Source: Dicyema japonicum
Lineage: Eukaryota > Animalia > Dicyemida
Direction: 5' to 3'
Assembly: GCA_011109175.1 (NCBI GenBank)
Contig: RDEW01000005.1
Coordinates: 1,794,657 to 1,858,656 of the forward strand
DNA: 64,000 nt
Shown here in pieces: positions 1 through 12,689 of the stretch; within the stretch, counting starts at the first letter, position 1, and the number at the start of each line of letters is the position of its first letter. The notes beneath the pieces are model-generated. The model saw only the letters and a list, made by a program, of their open reading frames with translations, was not told where the DNA came from and made no database searches. The position numbers were made by a program, and so were the translations under genes.

Positions 1-140
1 TTACTAGAAAACTTTACATCACCCCTCTTGCTTTTCTTTCAAAACCCTCCCGTCCTCAAAGAAGCTGTGTTGGATCTCGGAAGGTCCACAGGAAAAAGTT
101 GAGAGACCTGATGGAGGCGGCCGGGATCACCTAATTAGTT
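1..140 (+). mobile_element. 3' end of an APE-RT LINE (ORF ends ...KLRDLMEAAGIT*)
   Basis: gccgggatcacctaattag terminus is shared with at least 12 other LINE ends in the window; the frame reads RKKLRDLMEAAGIT-stop. Confidence 0.7.
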
Positions 141-600
141 TAATACAATTAAATTAACTATTGGTGTTCTTGGGTTAAATAAATAATATTTTTTTTTCAA
201 CCACTTCTTACTTTGGATCAATCCTATGTAGTCTTTAACTTTAATCTGATTGCGAAATTTTCTTTCCCCCTTATTTTGGGAATAAATTTCGACTCTTATC
301 ACTTGGGGACCAATCAATTTTATTCTTCCGAAATAGATGCTTTTAACTTCCTTAACCTAATTAAGATCAGGAGCATCAAGGGATTTATTCCCAGTGTAAA
401 TATAGGAACGGAAGAATCAAAAAAATGTAACTTTATGAATTTTCATGGCGATTAAAAAAAATTTTCCAATCAAAATAAAATTTTTAAAAGTTATATTTTT
501 TTGTCCAATCTGATTAAAATAATATTTTTTTCATTTCAAAAGAGGATACTTAAAATTGGAATATTTATTTAAATTTTAAGTAAAAGTAATTATTTCATAA

Positions 601-2300
601 CGCCCGTCTAACTCAACCTTCTCTTCTTGGGGCCAATCTCTACTGTCTGTATAGCTATGTTCACGTCGCTGCACACACGACATTCAGAGACTACCCTAGA
701 TTGACATTTTTACGCTGTCTTCCTTCTCACCAAGCATCGGTGCTCCATGCCTCTCTTCAACTTGCATACTCGCCATTCTTCCTTAGTAATAGCGTTTGTA
801 TATAAGCTTTGACCCTCTCCTCCACCGTGAAGCCATCCATGTGGCCCTTGAAAAATTTGGATACAATTCCATCCCAGGTGATGATTAATCGTATTTTTAT
901 TTTATCATAAACGAAAATGTCGAATTTGTCATTCGTTATAGCCGTATCCGTACTGATCGTCGTTTCTACACGAATCTTCACAAATTCATTTGCGAAAACA
1001 GATTGTACTGAATGGGTCTTCAGTTTATTAGTTTTTTTATTCCATATTGACGGCAGAGATGTAGATGTGAACATCTGACCACTTCGTTTTGCCGCCTGAG
1101 ATAATAGCTATTCAGCATTCTCCCACACCTAGTTGCAAGGTGATCGACGGTCTTCTTTTGCTGAGTTACAATGTCCGCACTTGGTTTCTATTACGATCTT
1201 GAAGTAGACACAGCCTTCCCTTGGTTATATGAGAGTGATTTACATGCACTAGCCATCCAGAGGATTCAACATCAATTTCAACATTTTCAGATCCTTCACA
1301 TTTTCAATGTTGTAAGTTTCTGAATAAATCTGACAATCCAGCAGGGAAGACCAGAATTTTGTAATACCTTGGTCCAAAAACTGGTGATCGACGAAGTCAT
1401 AAGCTTTTTTGACCTCGATCCAAGTAGAATTCAAATTGTTTCCGTTTCGTTGATTTAAGCATTTTTGACGATGGCTTGCTCTTTCTCACCTTGACCAGTT
1501 GATTGTCACTTATCAAGTTGTATGATTCAATATATCCTGATAATTTTTTGTTCACACACTTTTTCAATAGTTTATACAGGTTAGGCATACAAGTGATTGG
1601 ACTTAACTCCTTGGGTGAATCACATACATCAACTTTTGGAATCAGATATGTAATCCCAGGATAGATCCAATCACAAGGCGTATATTCATCATTTATAATC
1701 CTATGAATCTCCTCACAAGATATCCATGAATCAAAGTAAAGTTTTTGTTTAAAAAAAGTTATATATTCCATCACAACCAGATGCCTTCTAATTTGGAAGC
1801 ATCATGATAGTCTCGGTGATTTTTTCCTTCGTAGATAGCTAGAGTTCTCTGATCCATTTACTCTTTTGCTAGTCAAGAAATTTCTGTTCTTTAGCTCAAC
1901 CTTATTCCAATGTTACTCCAAAATGGAAGATATTCCTCCTCATTGAAAATAATTATCCCCTCTTCGATTTGCTTATTTCTTCGTCAAATTGTTTCTTCCC
2001 GCTCATTTTACTAGCCGTTTGATTTTTTTTTAATTTTTGCTTAAGTTTAGTGAGTGTGCTTTTCATTGACTCCTCCCAACTACTTTTAGTGTTATTCCTC
2101 TTGGTAAGAGGCTCATAAGTGCACTCCCAGCATATATAATATCAGTGACATCGTTGATATCAAAACTAGGCATGTAATCAATATATTCCTTGATTGCTGC
2201 ATTAATTCCATTCAAAAACTCCTTTCTAAGCATTTGTCTGGGAATCTTCCTAGTATGAATACGAAGGTTTCTTACTGCTGTGAGTACTTTCCTACTTTGT
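601..2300 (-). mobile_element. Degenerate RLE-type non-LTR retrotransposon (R4/Dong-like)
   Basis: RT motifs GITYLIPK...PITCMPNLYKLL and KKAYDFVDH; RLE region 'FDIFVYDK...ITWDGIVSKF...KAYIQ'; multiple frameshifts. Boundaries approximate. Confidence 0.8.
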
Positions 2301-2999
2301 CAGCGGAACCCCTAGAACCATTTTCCAAAATTTGAACTTTAGCCATCTGTTTTTTCTCAACTGGAAGGCCACAAAGCTCGACTTGAAGAAGAACAAGCAT
2401 TTAACATTGGTAACGGATTCGATATCCCGAATCTCAAGTTAAAAGCGTTAGAAATATCTACAGATCGAAAAGTTGGGTAGTAAAAGTTAGCAGTTCTCTA
2501 CTAGCTACAGGAGCTAAAAAGTTTGAAGAGGAGATCAAGACAGTTTTCACATCTACAGAAACTGAAAAAAAGTCTCAAGCTTCTGAATACTCTGGCAATG
2601 TGTTTATACAGATCTCTGTTACATCGAATATAGGAGCCATCAAAACTTTTAACGTGCTGGACACGTTCGACTTGACGGGATCTTCAGATTGAGCCACAAA
2701 GGCTCCGGGATCTTCCGTCTCGAATTCAGAAAGAAGGAGGACAAAATAAACATGTAAATGCTACTTCACCTTTTGGTCCTTAAACTATTGCTTCGGTGAA
2801 ATCCGAGTGAGACCGACTGAAATTATATTGAAGAACCTGCCCTTTTGAGTTGATGATAACGACCTTCGTGAATTTTTGAAGGAATTAGTTCCTTTACCAC
2901 GAGCATATGCCGTTTCTACAAGAGAGATTGAATGTTAGATTCGGTAAGTAGCTCTCCATACTATAAGTAGCTGATTCGAAATTTCAGATGTACTGAAAA

Positions 3000-3840
3000 A
3001 TCCATAAACAAAATTCAGGTGATTCCGGCTCCCTCAACAGTCTTCGCATATTTTCTCGGAGTTCCGACTGCGTTCCCAGCGCATTTCCGATATGGGCGGG
3101 GTCACATACTCGAGTCTTTCGCAGAGGCACTGTTTCAGTCGCCTTATCATATTTTCAAGGTTTCTGTGGGCAGGATATCTACACGGGGAGATTTCCTTAG
3201 TAAGTTTGCTGCCTTCACTTGAATGTTGCAGATTTCATCTAAATTCGTTGCAGCGAGGTTAGATCCCCAGACATTAAATGCGTACCCTATTGTAGACTCG
3301 ATGAACTGTTTGTATATGACATCCAGTCTACTCAGATCTTTTTTTGTCTCTTAGCTTTCCCAAGGACGCCTTCAGGAAGTTGATTTTCCTGTACAAGTGT
3401 AACATATTTTCGAATGTTTTGTAAAGGTTAAGATGTCAAAGGTAACTCCTACGATTTTCTGGAATTTGTTTTGCGGGATATTTTTCTCATCCAGTGTGAC
3501 GTCAATTGATACTTTCCCTAGTCTTCTGTTTCCCGTGAATAGGGTCAACAACGACTTCTCCGGGCTAGCAGTCAATTGATTCTCCCAAAGCCATAGACTT
3601 ATTGTATTCAGATTGTCCTGTACTCTACTCGTCGCTTCGATAATGCTCACATCCCTCGAAGCAGTCCCCCTGTGGGAGAGTGGAAGTCATTCATCAAAGG
3701 TTAAACACGAGGGGAGATAACAGGGAGCTCTGATGAACGCCATCTGCTAATAGTCTCGATACGGAACATCGATTGCCCTAGTGTAGTGGTTGAAGATGCA
3801 TGTTAGTGCTGATACGTCCACTGTGCCCATCTTTTTCAAC
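3000..3840 (-). mobile_element. Degenerate LINE reverse transcriptase fragment
   Basis: ORF 3372..3650 'LWLWENQLTASPEKSLLTLFT...QKIVGVTFD' matches the RT C-terminal motif of the other LINE copies here. Confidence 0.7.
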
Positions 3841-4224
3841 AGAATAACCGGGATCCCGTCCGGTCCACAGGAATGTGTGTTCTTTGTTCAATAGATCTCC
3901 AAAGCGACATCTCCCGGAGAAAATACATTGTTGGATTCCTCCATTTCTGTTTAGGTTTTTTGTGTGGAGGAATATCCATCCTTTTGAATGGTTTGTGGGT
4001 TATTCTCACACAATATTTGATAAATTTATTCAGATCCATATCCTGTTCACGGTCTACCTCGATTTGTTTTCAGCGTTTTTGATATTTCGCAGCATCCTCC
4101 ACATTTTGGTAAGTCAACTATTTTTTTCATATCATTAGAAATTCGGCCCAGTTTTGCACCTTATTAAAGTGATAGACTGCTCTATCAATTGAGTGGAAAT
4201 TCAATAAGGACGAATCCAAACAAT

Positions 4225-4995
4225 TTTATTTATTTATTTAACCAAGACCACGGTAAAACCAAACTAATTATCACGTGATCCCGATGCATCTAACAAAATC
4301 CTCATCTTTGCCCGGTGTTCTTCCTTCGTGCCCGCGCATGAACGTACTGCCTGAATTTTCAGGTCCACCTTCCCGTGATCTGGAGTCTAGTCTCATAAGG
4401 GCCTCCAGAGGCGTAGGTCCGGTTCGGTGATCTTCACAAATCCAACGCTCCGTTACTCTGTAAGCCCTCTTTTGCATTTCCTCAATTTTCTTTATTTTTG
4501 TCCAAGATATGGACGGTCCCCACGAGGCGCATGCATATGAGAAACATGGCTCGATGTACTGTTTCTACACGTTCATCAAGACTGGATGAGTACCACTCTT
4601 CCATATTCCCGATTAACTTTTCAATACGTTCAGTTTCTTCTCGCATTTCAATAGAATGTTTTCTATGTGTGGTGTTAAGCAGAGATGCAAATCAATTGTC
4701 ACACCCAAGATCTTTTGACATCTGTTGAAAGAGATGCCGACCTTGTTTAACTTCAAGGTGACTGTCTTCCTTCCCAATCTTTTGTCAGAGGTAAATAGTG
4801 ACGTAGACGACTTCTCTGCATTCACCATGAGCCGGTTTTCCATTATCCAAGCATTAAGCCTGTCCAAGTTAATTTGTATTCTTTCTGTGGCCTTCTGGAC
4901 ATCCTGATCTCGCAAAGCCAACCCAATATCATTCACATAGGAAAGTAGAACATTATTATCAGATTCCAGAGTCAGGAGATCAGCCAGAAAGAGGT
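4225..4995 (-). mobile_element. 5'-truncated LINE (RT C-terminus to GIT* end and TAAA tail)
   Basis: ORF 4613..4936 'RLNAWIMENRLMVNAEKS...QKILGVTID'; 3' end gggatcacgtgataattag followed by taaataaataa; close relatives at 37265-37640 and 42165-43090. Confidence 0.85.
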
Positions 4996-5138
4996 TAAAC
5001 TATCCATGATTTTTGACATGGAACATAGTAGTGACACTGTTCTTTATACAAATTATTTATTTGAGTAATAAAATCAAATGTATATTTACTATAATTATAA
5101 TTTAAATTAATTTATAGTTAATTTAAATTATTGTTGTG

Positions 5139-5801
5139 ATGGCGAATCGTACTCCGAAGGATGCTTCATCAATAAAGGAACAAACCCCAATATTTGATAG
5201 AAAAAATTATCAGGACCAGAATACATAGTAGTAAATACTGGAAAGAAGAATGTTTTGCCCTTACTGGTTTTTTTTCTAATAAGTTGCAGCTGAACTACTG
5301 GTAGACAAAGCAATGGAGCTAAAATACGTGGGAGGAGTTGTCGGAGGTCTCATTGCCCCAACCCCATTCATCTGCTTAGTTCTTAAGCTTCTTCAAATTC
5401 AGCCGGACAAAGAATAATTGTCGAATTTCTCAAAAACGACGATTTTAAGTAAAAACTTATAATTATTGAGATACGTGAGAGCATTGGGGGCCGTCTACGC
5501 CAGACTGACTTTCTCAGCCGTGGAATGCTACATTTACCTAGAAACTCTGTACAACGACTACAGGAAACTGAAGATTCAGACACGTGATGGAAGTAAGTGG
5601 TGATAAAATGGGTTAGAATTTTCAATAATCTACATGGATGAATTTATTCATGAGTTGCTGAGAGAGGATAGAGTCTGTGATATAATTCTCCCCAGAATTA
5701 CTAAGAGGTCTGTTCTGGAGGATTTGGAACAGTTGTACCCTCGTGTGAGTGCTCTGGAGGAGGAGGATGAAGAGAATTATGAAGAAAATTATGTGAATTG
5801 A
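5139..5801 (+). CDS. PRPF38A: Pre-mRNA splicing factor Prp38 (PRPF38A-type); 3 micro-introns (5267-5289, 5449-5470, 5593-5616)
   Basis: Spliced translation MANRTPKDASSI..NPQYLIEKIIRTRI..SKYWKEECFALTAELLVDKAMEL...LKLLQIQPDK..IVEFLKNDDFKYVRALGA...RVCDIILPRI...RVSALEE. Requires restoring three single bases in homopolymer runs (~5174, ~5185, ~5413). Confidence 0.95.
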
Positions 5802-5925
5802 TTTGTTTTATTTTTTGAATATTTTTTAATTTTATACTGAGTGTACACGTGGTTAAGTAAGGGCTCCTGCTTCAGTTATAGAGGGAAGTGCCTTTCTTGT
5901 GGGGGCCTGCCAATAATTGAAAGGA

Positions 5926-6008
5926 CAGGTAACGTGAGCTGGATTTAGACAATCGTGAAATAGACTTCGCCTGAAAGATAATAACTGAACGTCTCTAAGT
6001 TAGAATCT
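5926..6008 (+). pseudogene. Degenerate fragment of the 3' domain of LSU (28S) rRNA
   Basis: Two blocks resemble conserved 28S motifs: aacgtgagctggatttagacaatcgtga (cf. AACGTGAGCTGGGTTTAGACCGTCGTGA) and gataataactgaacgtctctaagttagaatc (cf. GATTATGACTGAACGCCTCTAAGTCAGAATC). The intervening sarcin-ricin region is missing. Confidence 0.55.
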
Positions 6009-6099
6009 AAAGATGCCTCTTCATGGTCGAAGGGGCATTCATGAGCAAGATTCTTAGTCCTCGATTTATGAAAATTGTTGGCCTGATCTCCACAGGATC

Positions 6100-6200
6100 A
6101 GGGCCAGTACATAAAGTGTTTGATATGAACATTCATAAATTAACAGACATCACTTCATTCTTAGGCGGAAGAGTTTTTACAATAAAAATCTCTACCAGTG
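6100..6200 (-). repeat. Dispersed ~60-nt core 'tatgaaaactcttccgcctaagaatgaagtgat' (copy 1 of 4)
   Basis: The same core occurs at ~25705-25765 (+), ~28405-28470 (-) and ~50225-50285 (-). Confidence 0.7.
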
Positions 6201-6439
6201 TATTTGATCAGGAGTAAGAAAAAACCTTTCAGTGTTGTGTCAGAAGGACCCATCTCCTCACAGATGGTATCTGTTTGACGAGAATTGACCTTCACTAAAC
6301 GACTGTCAGACCAGATGATAATTCACCATGGATCCATACACCCTATTAATCTTAAAGATAAATACTAGGATAACTCATTTTTTCTAAGGATGACCCTAGA
6401 ACTACACAAAATCCATAAATATAACCATAATACTTAAGT

Positions 6440-6615
6440 ATCTGCAAATGACTGGATCTTCGTAGTCACGACGGCACGTTCCAAAATCCATGCGTATACG
6501 AATGTTAGAAGCAATGGACTCTCCAGGCTCTCTTTCGGTTAGCCTTGATCTTCCAAATATTTTTTCCAAGAAATGAATGGACCCTTTATACCAGATGCAT
6601 AAGAAATCCATGGTT
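6440..6615 (-). mobile_element. LINE fragment (post-RT region)
   Basis: Alignable by eye to 42295-42490 (gactgga..cttcgtagtcacgacggc...gaatggaccc..atacc.gatgcataaga). Confidence 0.65.
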
Positions 6616-6719
6616 CACTGAATTGATCGTAAATCGAATTCAGAATTGGACTTAAAATGAAAATTTCATAAACATGCAATTTTTATTGGAAAAACTAATT
6701 AATATCTAATTAAGAGTAA

Positions 6720-7430
6720 ATAAGCTTAACATCTTCTTTTGGCTCCAGGATTGGTCATTTCCCAAGATCTTTTTCTTCCATCAATCGTCTCTGGCCAATT
6801 GTTCAACTTTTCAAGCGCGTTACTAGTCTCAGTGGGGTTCATTTCATAGTCCTCCTGTTCCTCGGTTTTATCAGAAATATTGTGAGGATATGTATTCTCA
6901 TCCAAAGCTTCGCCATTAAATTTCCATTTACTGTCTCATGATCAGAAAAAACAAATCATCTGGGAAAATTTCGTTATCTTGAGTTTCATGAATACATTTT
7001 ATTACTTCATTGTGTCTCTTCAAATAATCACTGTTAAGCATTCGTCCGCATCTGGTTGCCATATGATCAACTGATTTCTTTGCAGAGTGGCAGTGACTGC
7101 AACTTGCTCCATCAGTTTCAAAAAACAAATTACGGTTTTGTACCAAACACAATGTTCCTTCTGAGCGTGGAGAATTGTTCCCGTGCAACAACCACGTGGA
7201 GGATTCCGTAATGTCCGTATCTGTTTCTTGGAAGCATTCAAAGAGAGTTGACTGCAAAGGCTTCTTTTTTATTTGTTCCATTATTTTGTAATCCTTGTAT
7301 AATTTTAACATTTAGGCTCTCTGATTGTTCAGTGCTATATTTCAGAGTTAAGGAATTCTACGATTGTGGCCATGTGTGTTTTTTTGATTTAATGACCCGT
7401 AGAATTCCTGCTCTTCTTGGGCACCAGTGA
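6720..7430 (-). mobile_element. R4/Dong-like RLE retroelement fragment (CCHC zinc-knuckle region)
   Basis: ORF 6928..7311 'SSTWLLHGNNSPRSEG..CLVQNRNLF...CSHCHSAKKSVDHMATRCGRML..DYLKRHNEVIKCIH'. Confidence 0.8.
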
Positions 7431-7889
7431 AATGTTCACAGTCACTATATGCGTGGAGCCTTCAACCGGAATGTACAGCAGCGAAATTCGAACTAGGGGC
7501 CATCAGGACCCTTGCCCGGCACTCATTACACTGCGCACCCGGCCGAATCGAATAAATTTCATAATCTGAATCGAAACATCATATCCGGTAAATTTGATCA
7601 CATTGATACGATTTTTATTTTCACTAAGCCAATAAACTAACAAAAAATACTCCCATGACTTCCATAATTTATTATTGTAGGATGATTTTTGCTACCAAGA
7701 GATATTAAAGAATTGGTGTGACGTGTGTGGTTCACCTTTTGTGGTGGCCCTCAGTATCAACGTGATATGGTAAAGAACCATTATACTCCCTACCTCGCAA
7801 GTGACCTAGACAGGGTGGCTTCATTATATCCCCGTTTTTATCGTCTTGCTAGTTGGTGATCTAGAACTAAACCCCATTCTTGGTTCTAC

Positions 7890-9560
7890 TCTGACTATTC
7901 TACATCTGAATGTCCTCAAATTGGACACTGCGTTGATTTAGGAGTCGAAGCGTTCTAGATCAGTTCCCACTCCCTGTTTACCTAGGTTCTCTGCTCCACA
8001 AAAGGACAAGGTGAATGGTGGAGGACTTTTAACAATATTCAGGAGAGGAACTGTGTTCACGGATGTCTATCAAGCTGTCGTCACTCTGTGATGGGAATAA
8101 TACTTTGGAACAAATATCTATCCTTTTTTACATATTCCACCTGGATAATGTCTGACCTCATATATTCCAAAACTATTGAGACTATGTTGAAAGACCTTAT
8201 TTGTGGCGATTTGTACCTAAAACACCCCCATTGGTTACACTCTTAGCCAACTGACAGTCTATGGAGTCCCAACAATCCGGATGTTCATACCATGTCCCAA
8301 TTCCTAGAATGGAAGTCCTACCTTCTCATATTTACATTGTGAACTCCCTCACTTGTAAAATATTCGTGGGAAGTTTAATGTGGTTTTTTAAGCGACCACA
8401 ACCAGATTGCGTTGAGACTCAACTCAAAAGTGTCTGTGAACAATATTTTTATGGTTTCGTGTGGAAAATTTTTCGATCTACTTGTCAGTTAAGATATTAT
8501 ATTGAAAGTCAATATGATCTTCACTCCTTTATCATCTTACAAGAGGCTATGTCGCATGTCCTATCAGCAGTCTTATCAACGAGAATAACAGCAGGGGTCG
8601 CTGTCTCCTCCACAGTCTACTTACACTTTCGTGAATAAATTAATAAATCACTACGTCGCCCTATAGGTTACAAGGATTTAGGGTTCTTCCGAATATCTGG
8701 CTTCAGACCGGGTCGCTAAATTACGACGTCTCACGATCTATCACTAATGGTTTCAACATACCAAAAACCCATATGCGATCGGCCTTGCTAACTGTAGAAA
8801 TTCAACAAGCATTCTATTCTATCTCAAAATCTCTGCTAACAATATAGATTTTTGAGACTTTTATAAAACTGTGACATATTTTTTTCCAAGCAATGGGAAA
8901 TAGTACGGTACGGAAGCTATAATCCAATATCTCCTCTGATGACAAGCGGTGTACCTTAAGGATTTTCACTTTTTCCTGCATTACTCAACTTGTTTTTACC
9001 CCATTTTCCAAATGTCATTGATCCGGTCATGCGGTTCTTGGCTTATGCAGATGGACATTATTATTGCCCTAGGAACAGATCCCCATCCTTCGCGGCTTCT
9101 ACTGTCAATCAGCACCTCAATATGATAGGCTCTTTATTAATTCTCCTACAATGCCTACGGCGAAATGTCTACCTCTGATAGGAAGTCCAAATGTGAGACC
9201 GAAGTGTACATTGGGGACACACCTATTCTTATATACAGGAAACAGAAAATTCTTGGCGTTAATTTCGACTCTCTAATGATTTTTCATCACATTGAAGAAA
9301 TCTTGACCAAGGAACTCCGGAAGTTAAATGTATTAAAGTCAATTATAAAGAAGTGACCCTTCCTGTGGAGTGCATATCCGGATTGTATAGCCAGGTTATT
9401 GTTCTAACTATTGAATATGCCTGCCCCACATGGAGGTTTGCGAAATCGTCTTCCGAACTCAATAATCGGGCGAGAACTAAAAATTTGCTTCCCCCACTAT
9501 TAAAACTTCAAAAAAGCCCTTTCTACAACCTTTCTCAGAGAACTTGAAAACCCCCCAAAA
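7890..9560 (+). mobile_element. Highly decayed APE-RT LINE
   Basis: APE motifs (NGGGLLT, YIPP, LICGD...HPHW) near 8000-8240; RT remnants GVP(Q)G ~8950, AYAD ~9045, QKILGVNFD, IEYACPTW. Confidence 0.7.
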
Positions 9561-10599
9561 TATGAGCTAACATCATGTCCAAACAGAAGAACAGTACAAC
9601 TACCCCCTTGTCTGTCTGAGGACATTTTTTCTCTCATATCTCAGTGATCGTAGTACAAAAAAATAAATAAATCCTAATCAAGTGGAAAAAAAGTTTGATG
9701 TCTTTTGTGGCAATCGAATGGTTGTTGGTCTTTGTAGAAGTGGATTTTGACCTCTTCTAATTCGGAAATCAGTCCTTTATGGTCCTTATCAATGCTTTGG
9801 TATCGAAAAGATCATTTTAAGTTTATATTTCCTACTCACGACTTTTTAATGTGACCATACCTTACGGATAAATGCTTGTATGGTATTGATGGGTGAATGT
9901 TCTCCATTTGTCTTAATCATGACGCATTTTATGTACAAGAGAACTTCACATAGATGTAGAATACTCAGTAAACCTAAAACATTACGATCTTGGTCTTTAT
10001 TGGACCGATTGGATCTGTAAATTTTTTAACATACTCCTCCGTATGAAAAATATTACAGAACTACAATTTCCCTTCCAAAAGAAAAGAATTAAAACAACAA
10101 GTTATGGAATAGGTAACTACCAGTCCGCCGGTTGGCCTGGACTGTTCCTCCGGGTACCCCTTATCCTTGCTATCCATCCAATTAGTAATTTATCTCCAGA
10201 ACGTTGTAGGTATAAAGCCAGTACGCCCATCTCCAGATAGTTCTCCCTTTGTAGGTCCTTCCCCGAGTATGTTATTCCACGGTGGTCCCAAACCGTCCTG
10301 CAGGGACCGATGATGTGGTTAACAAAGTCACGTGTAGATCCCAATTCGAATGTAGGGATCAATTGGTGTGGGTACTAGGTCCAAATTGGAAAATTTCCAA
10401 AAAGCGATTTTACAGACTTAATAGTGTACTTAGCTAATATTAATATCCCATTTTGCTTTCACATAAATCAAATTTAATGTGATTTATGTTGCGCTTAAAT
10501 TTGTTCAAAGGCTCATAAGAAAGCTTTCATAAGTCATGAAAATAAGTAGACATTTCGTGCAAAAGAGGTACGTCACCACCTTAAACTGCCAATGTTAAT

Positions 10600-11100
10600 A
10601 ACGTGCTCTTCAGAGTTTCAACTCTCAACAGAGTCTGGACGTTGCTGTATGCCTAAAGTCATTTGAAGATCTACTGGTGTCATTTAACCAACACCGCCGA
10701 GCTTGTTTGTTGCGTCTTCCGAAGGTGGAGCCTAGCTCAACGACGATAGGATCTTCCCATTTAAAACCGGGAAACAACTTGTCATAGACGTCACCTGTAC
10801 CGACACATTTGGCCCCTACAACTGACATCATACTGCCTCTGGAGCCTGCTCTGTGTCTAAGAAGACCGAGATTTTCTAACATACAAAATAAGCGGTCCTA
10901 CCCGAGTATGTTCTATGTGTTCCATTCGCAGTTGAAACGTAAAGGTACCTTGCGCCTTCGAAACTAGAATTCCTGGGTCGTCTAGAGAATCGGGTTTCTA
11001 AATGCACAAGAAATCTCTATGAGCGCTACTGGTTATGTGAGCGAATCTCGTTCGCCTTCCTGAAGGGGAATAGCAACGCAGTCTACTATTGTATGACCCT
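10600..11100 (+). mobile_element. CRE-like retroelement, RLE C-terminus and 3' end
   Basis: Plus frame 'PFKTGKQLVIDVTCTDT...VPFAVET...ERISFAFLKGNSNAV' matches the CRE-type RLE end also seen at 13830-14545, 27800-28090 and 52420-52800. Confidence 0.75.
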
Positions 11101-11269
11101 CAGTTGATTGTTTTTTTAAATAAATTGAATTTATAGTTTAGTCATCAATAAAAATGTAATTTTAATTATTATTGTTAATATGATAATGTGCCTTTGATGT
11201 GAAATATTACATAAACTTTAAACTAATTATTAAATAAAATTTAAATTTATTGAACCAAAAAACCACCTT

Positions 11270-11700
11270 CATAACCAAAGCTAAAAATTCAGGTGACCCA
11301 CTCTTGGCGGTCTTCGTATTTATTCCTGGTGTACACACAGTGCTTTGGCACATTTACGGTAAGGACGAGGTTCACGCGCACATTCTTCCTCCAAAAAATT
11401 GCTTCAGTCGAATTAACCATAGTTTCAAAGCTTCTGGGTAGGATTTCCCTAAAAGAAGAGTCGCTCAAAAGTTCTGACACCTTTGCTTGAACTTTATAGA
11501 TATTGATCAAGGTTTTGGCACTTCTAGTGACACCACTCCCTCCACTAATTGCCCATGGCGATGCTGTCTGTCACTTTTCAAACTCTTGGAATCTCCATCA
11601 ACGGGGGCCTCTGTGTCGGATTGCAATCAGATTTCGTGACGCCTCCATATTAAATGCATTAATGGCGCAAATATGCATAATGAATTCAAGTTGTGGTAGG
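11270..11700 (-). mobile_element. Probable LINE RT C-terminal fragment
   Basis: 'AISGGSGVTRSAKTLINIYK' resembles the post-RT 'gg.sWG.s.kTLl.iYK' motif; otherwise degenerate. Confidence 0.4.
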
Positions 11701-11729
11701 AAAAAGCTGACCATTAACGAGGTTATTAG

Positions 11730-12369
11730 TTGATGATATCGAAGAAATCAGCTCTCGACAGTCTTGCAACTCCGGACTTTAATCCCTTTAAAATATCATT
11801 TCTTGATAAAAGTTCAAAGGCATCTCTCCAATCAAGTACTATTAATATATCCTGATTCCATTTATAGCACTAAAACGGACTCCGATAAGATATAATTCTG
11901 AAAATCGATCATTTTTGTCTTTCAATGAGGAAGATGACCCAATCCGTCTGTCGCGGTATCCATCAAGCGAACCTCAGTCAACACTATCTAAATTGTCTTC
12001 AAACTCACTTGATGACTACTTGATTGCTGCCAAATCACACTATTATCTCAATAAGTCTGTTTCTTCAACAGATTATTCCGATTCTCACTCTGACATAAAC
12101 CCCCACTCAGCTTCCCGGTTACCACTGGCAGATAGAGAACCTCAGCGTGGTCTTCGGTATCCTAATGCAATGTACTCATGTTTGTTTTTTATTTTGAAAT
12201 TTTAGCTCCTTCGAGAATTCTTGACCCAGTTAAACTCATGAATGAGAAAATAATCAACAGAACTTATACTCATCAGTTTCACTCACCCTCCGGTGGTTGT
12301 AATACTTTATTTATAGTAAATTTTGACGGAGCAAAGTCCATGCCTTTAGACATAGCGTTCTCTTTGTAA
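11730..12369 (+). CDS. Possible spliced gene for a Ser-rich protein of unknown function
   Basis: Open Ser/Asp-rich frames (11915..12205, 12178..12369) are separated by GT..AG AT-rich segments of ~30 nt. No recognisable domain; exon phases not fully consistent. Confidence 0.3.
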
Positions 12370-12689
12370 CTTGGTTAGTCTACTAATCCCTGCTAAAGAT
12401 GATTAAAATAAACCAGAGATTTGATTTACTTGACCATTTTTGATCAGTCAGTGATTCAATTTTACGTGTACTTTACCGTTATTTTAAGTGATTAATTATA
12501 ATCCAATGTACTTTCATGGTGATCACGTTAATTCAAATAAATAGTGGTCTTTACAAAAGTCGATAAATCATGAGTGCACCATTATTTGCTTAATAATGAA
12601 ATTAGAGACGACCAGTTAGTCAAGTGATTGATTGGCCTACCTCTATTGTGGGAAATGTCTACTTAACTTTATGATAAAGGAAAGACCCT

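Noticed and set aside
135-455. Small secreted-protein gene on the minus strand
   Set aside because: It needs an indel correction and has no usable GT donor or recognisable domain.
5410-5420. Stop-codon reassignment or programmed frameshifting (GAA TAA in PRPF38A)
   Set aside because: Read-through of TAA does not restore the downstream frame; one missing A does. Other genes end normally in TAA or TGA.
10117-10362. Ty3/Gypsy or host gene in ORF 10117..10362
   Set aside because: No catalytic motif or splice pattern supports either.
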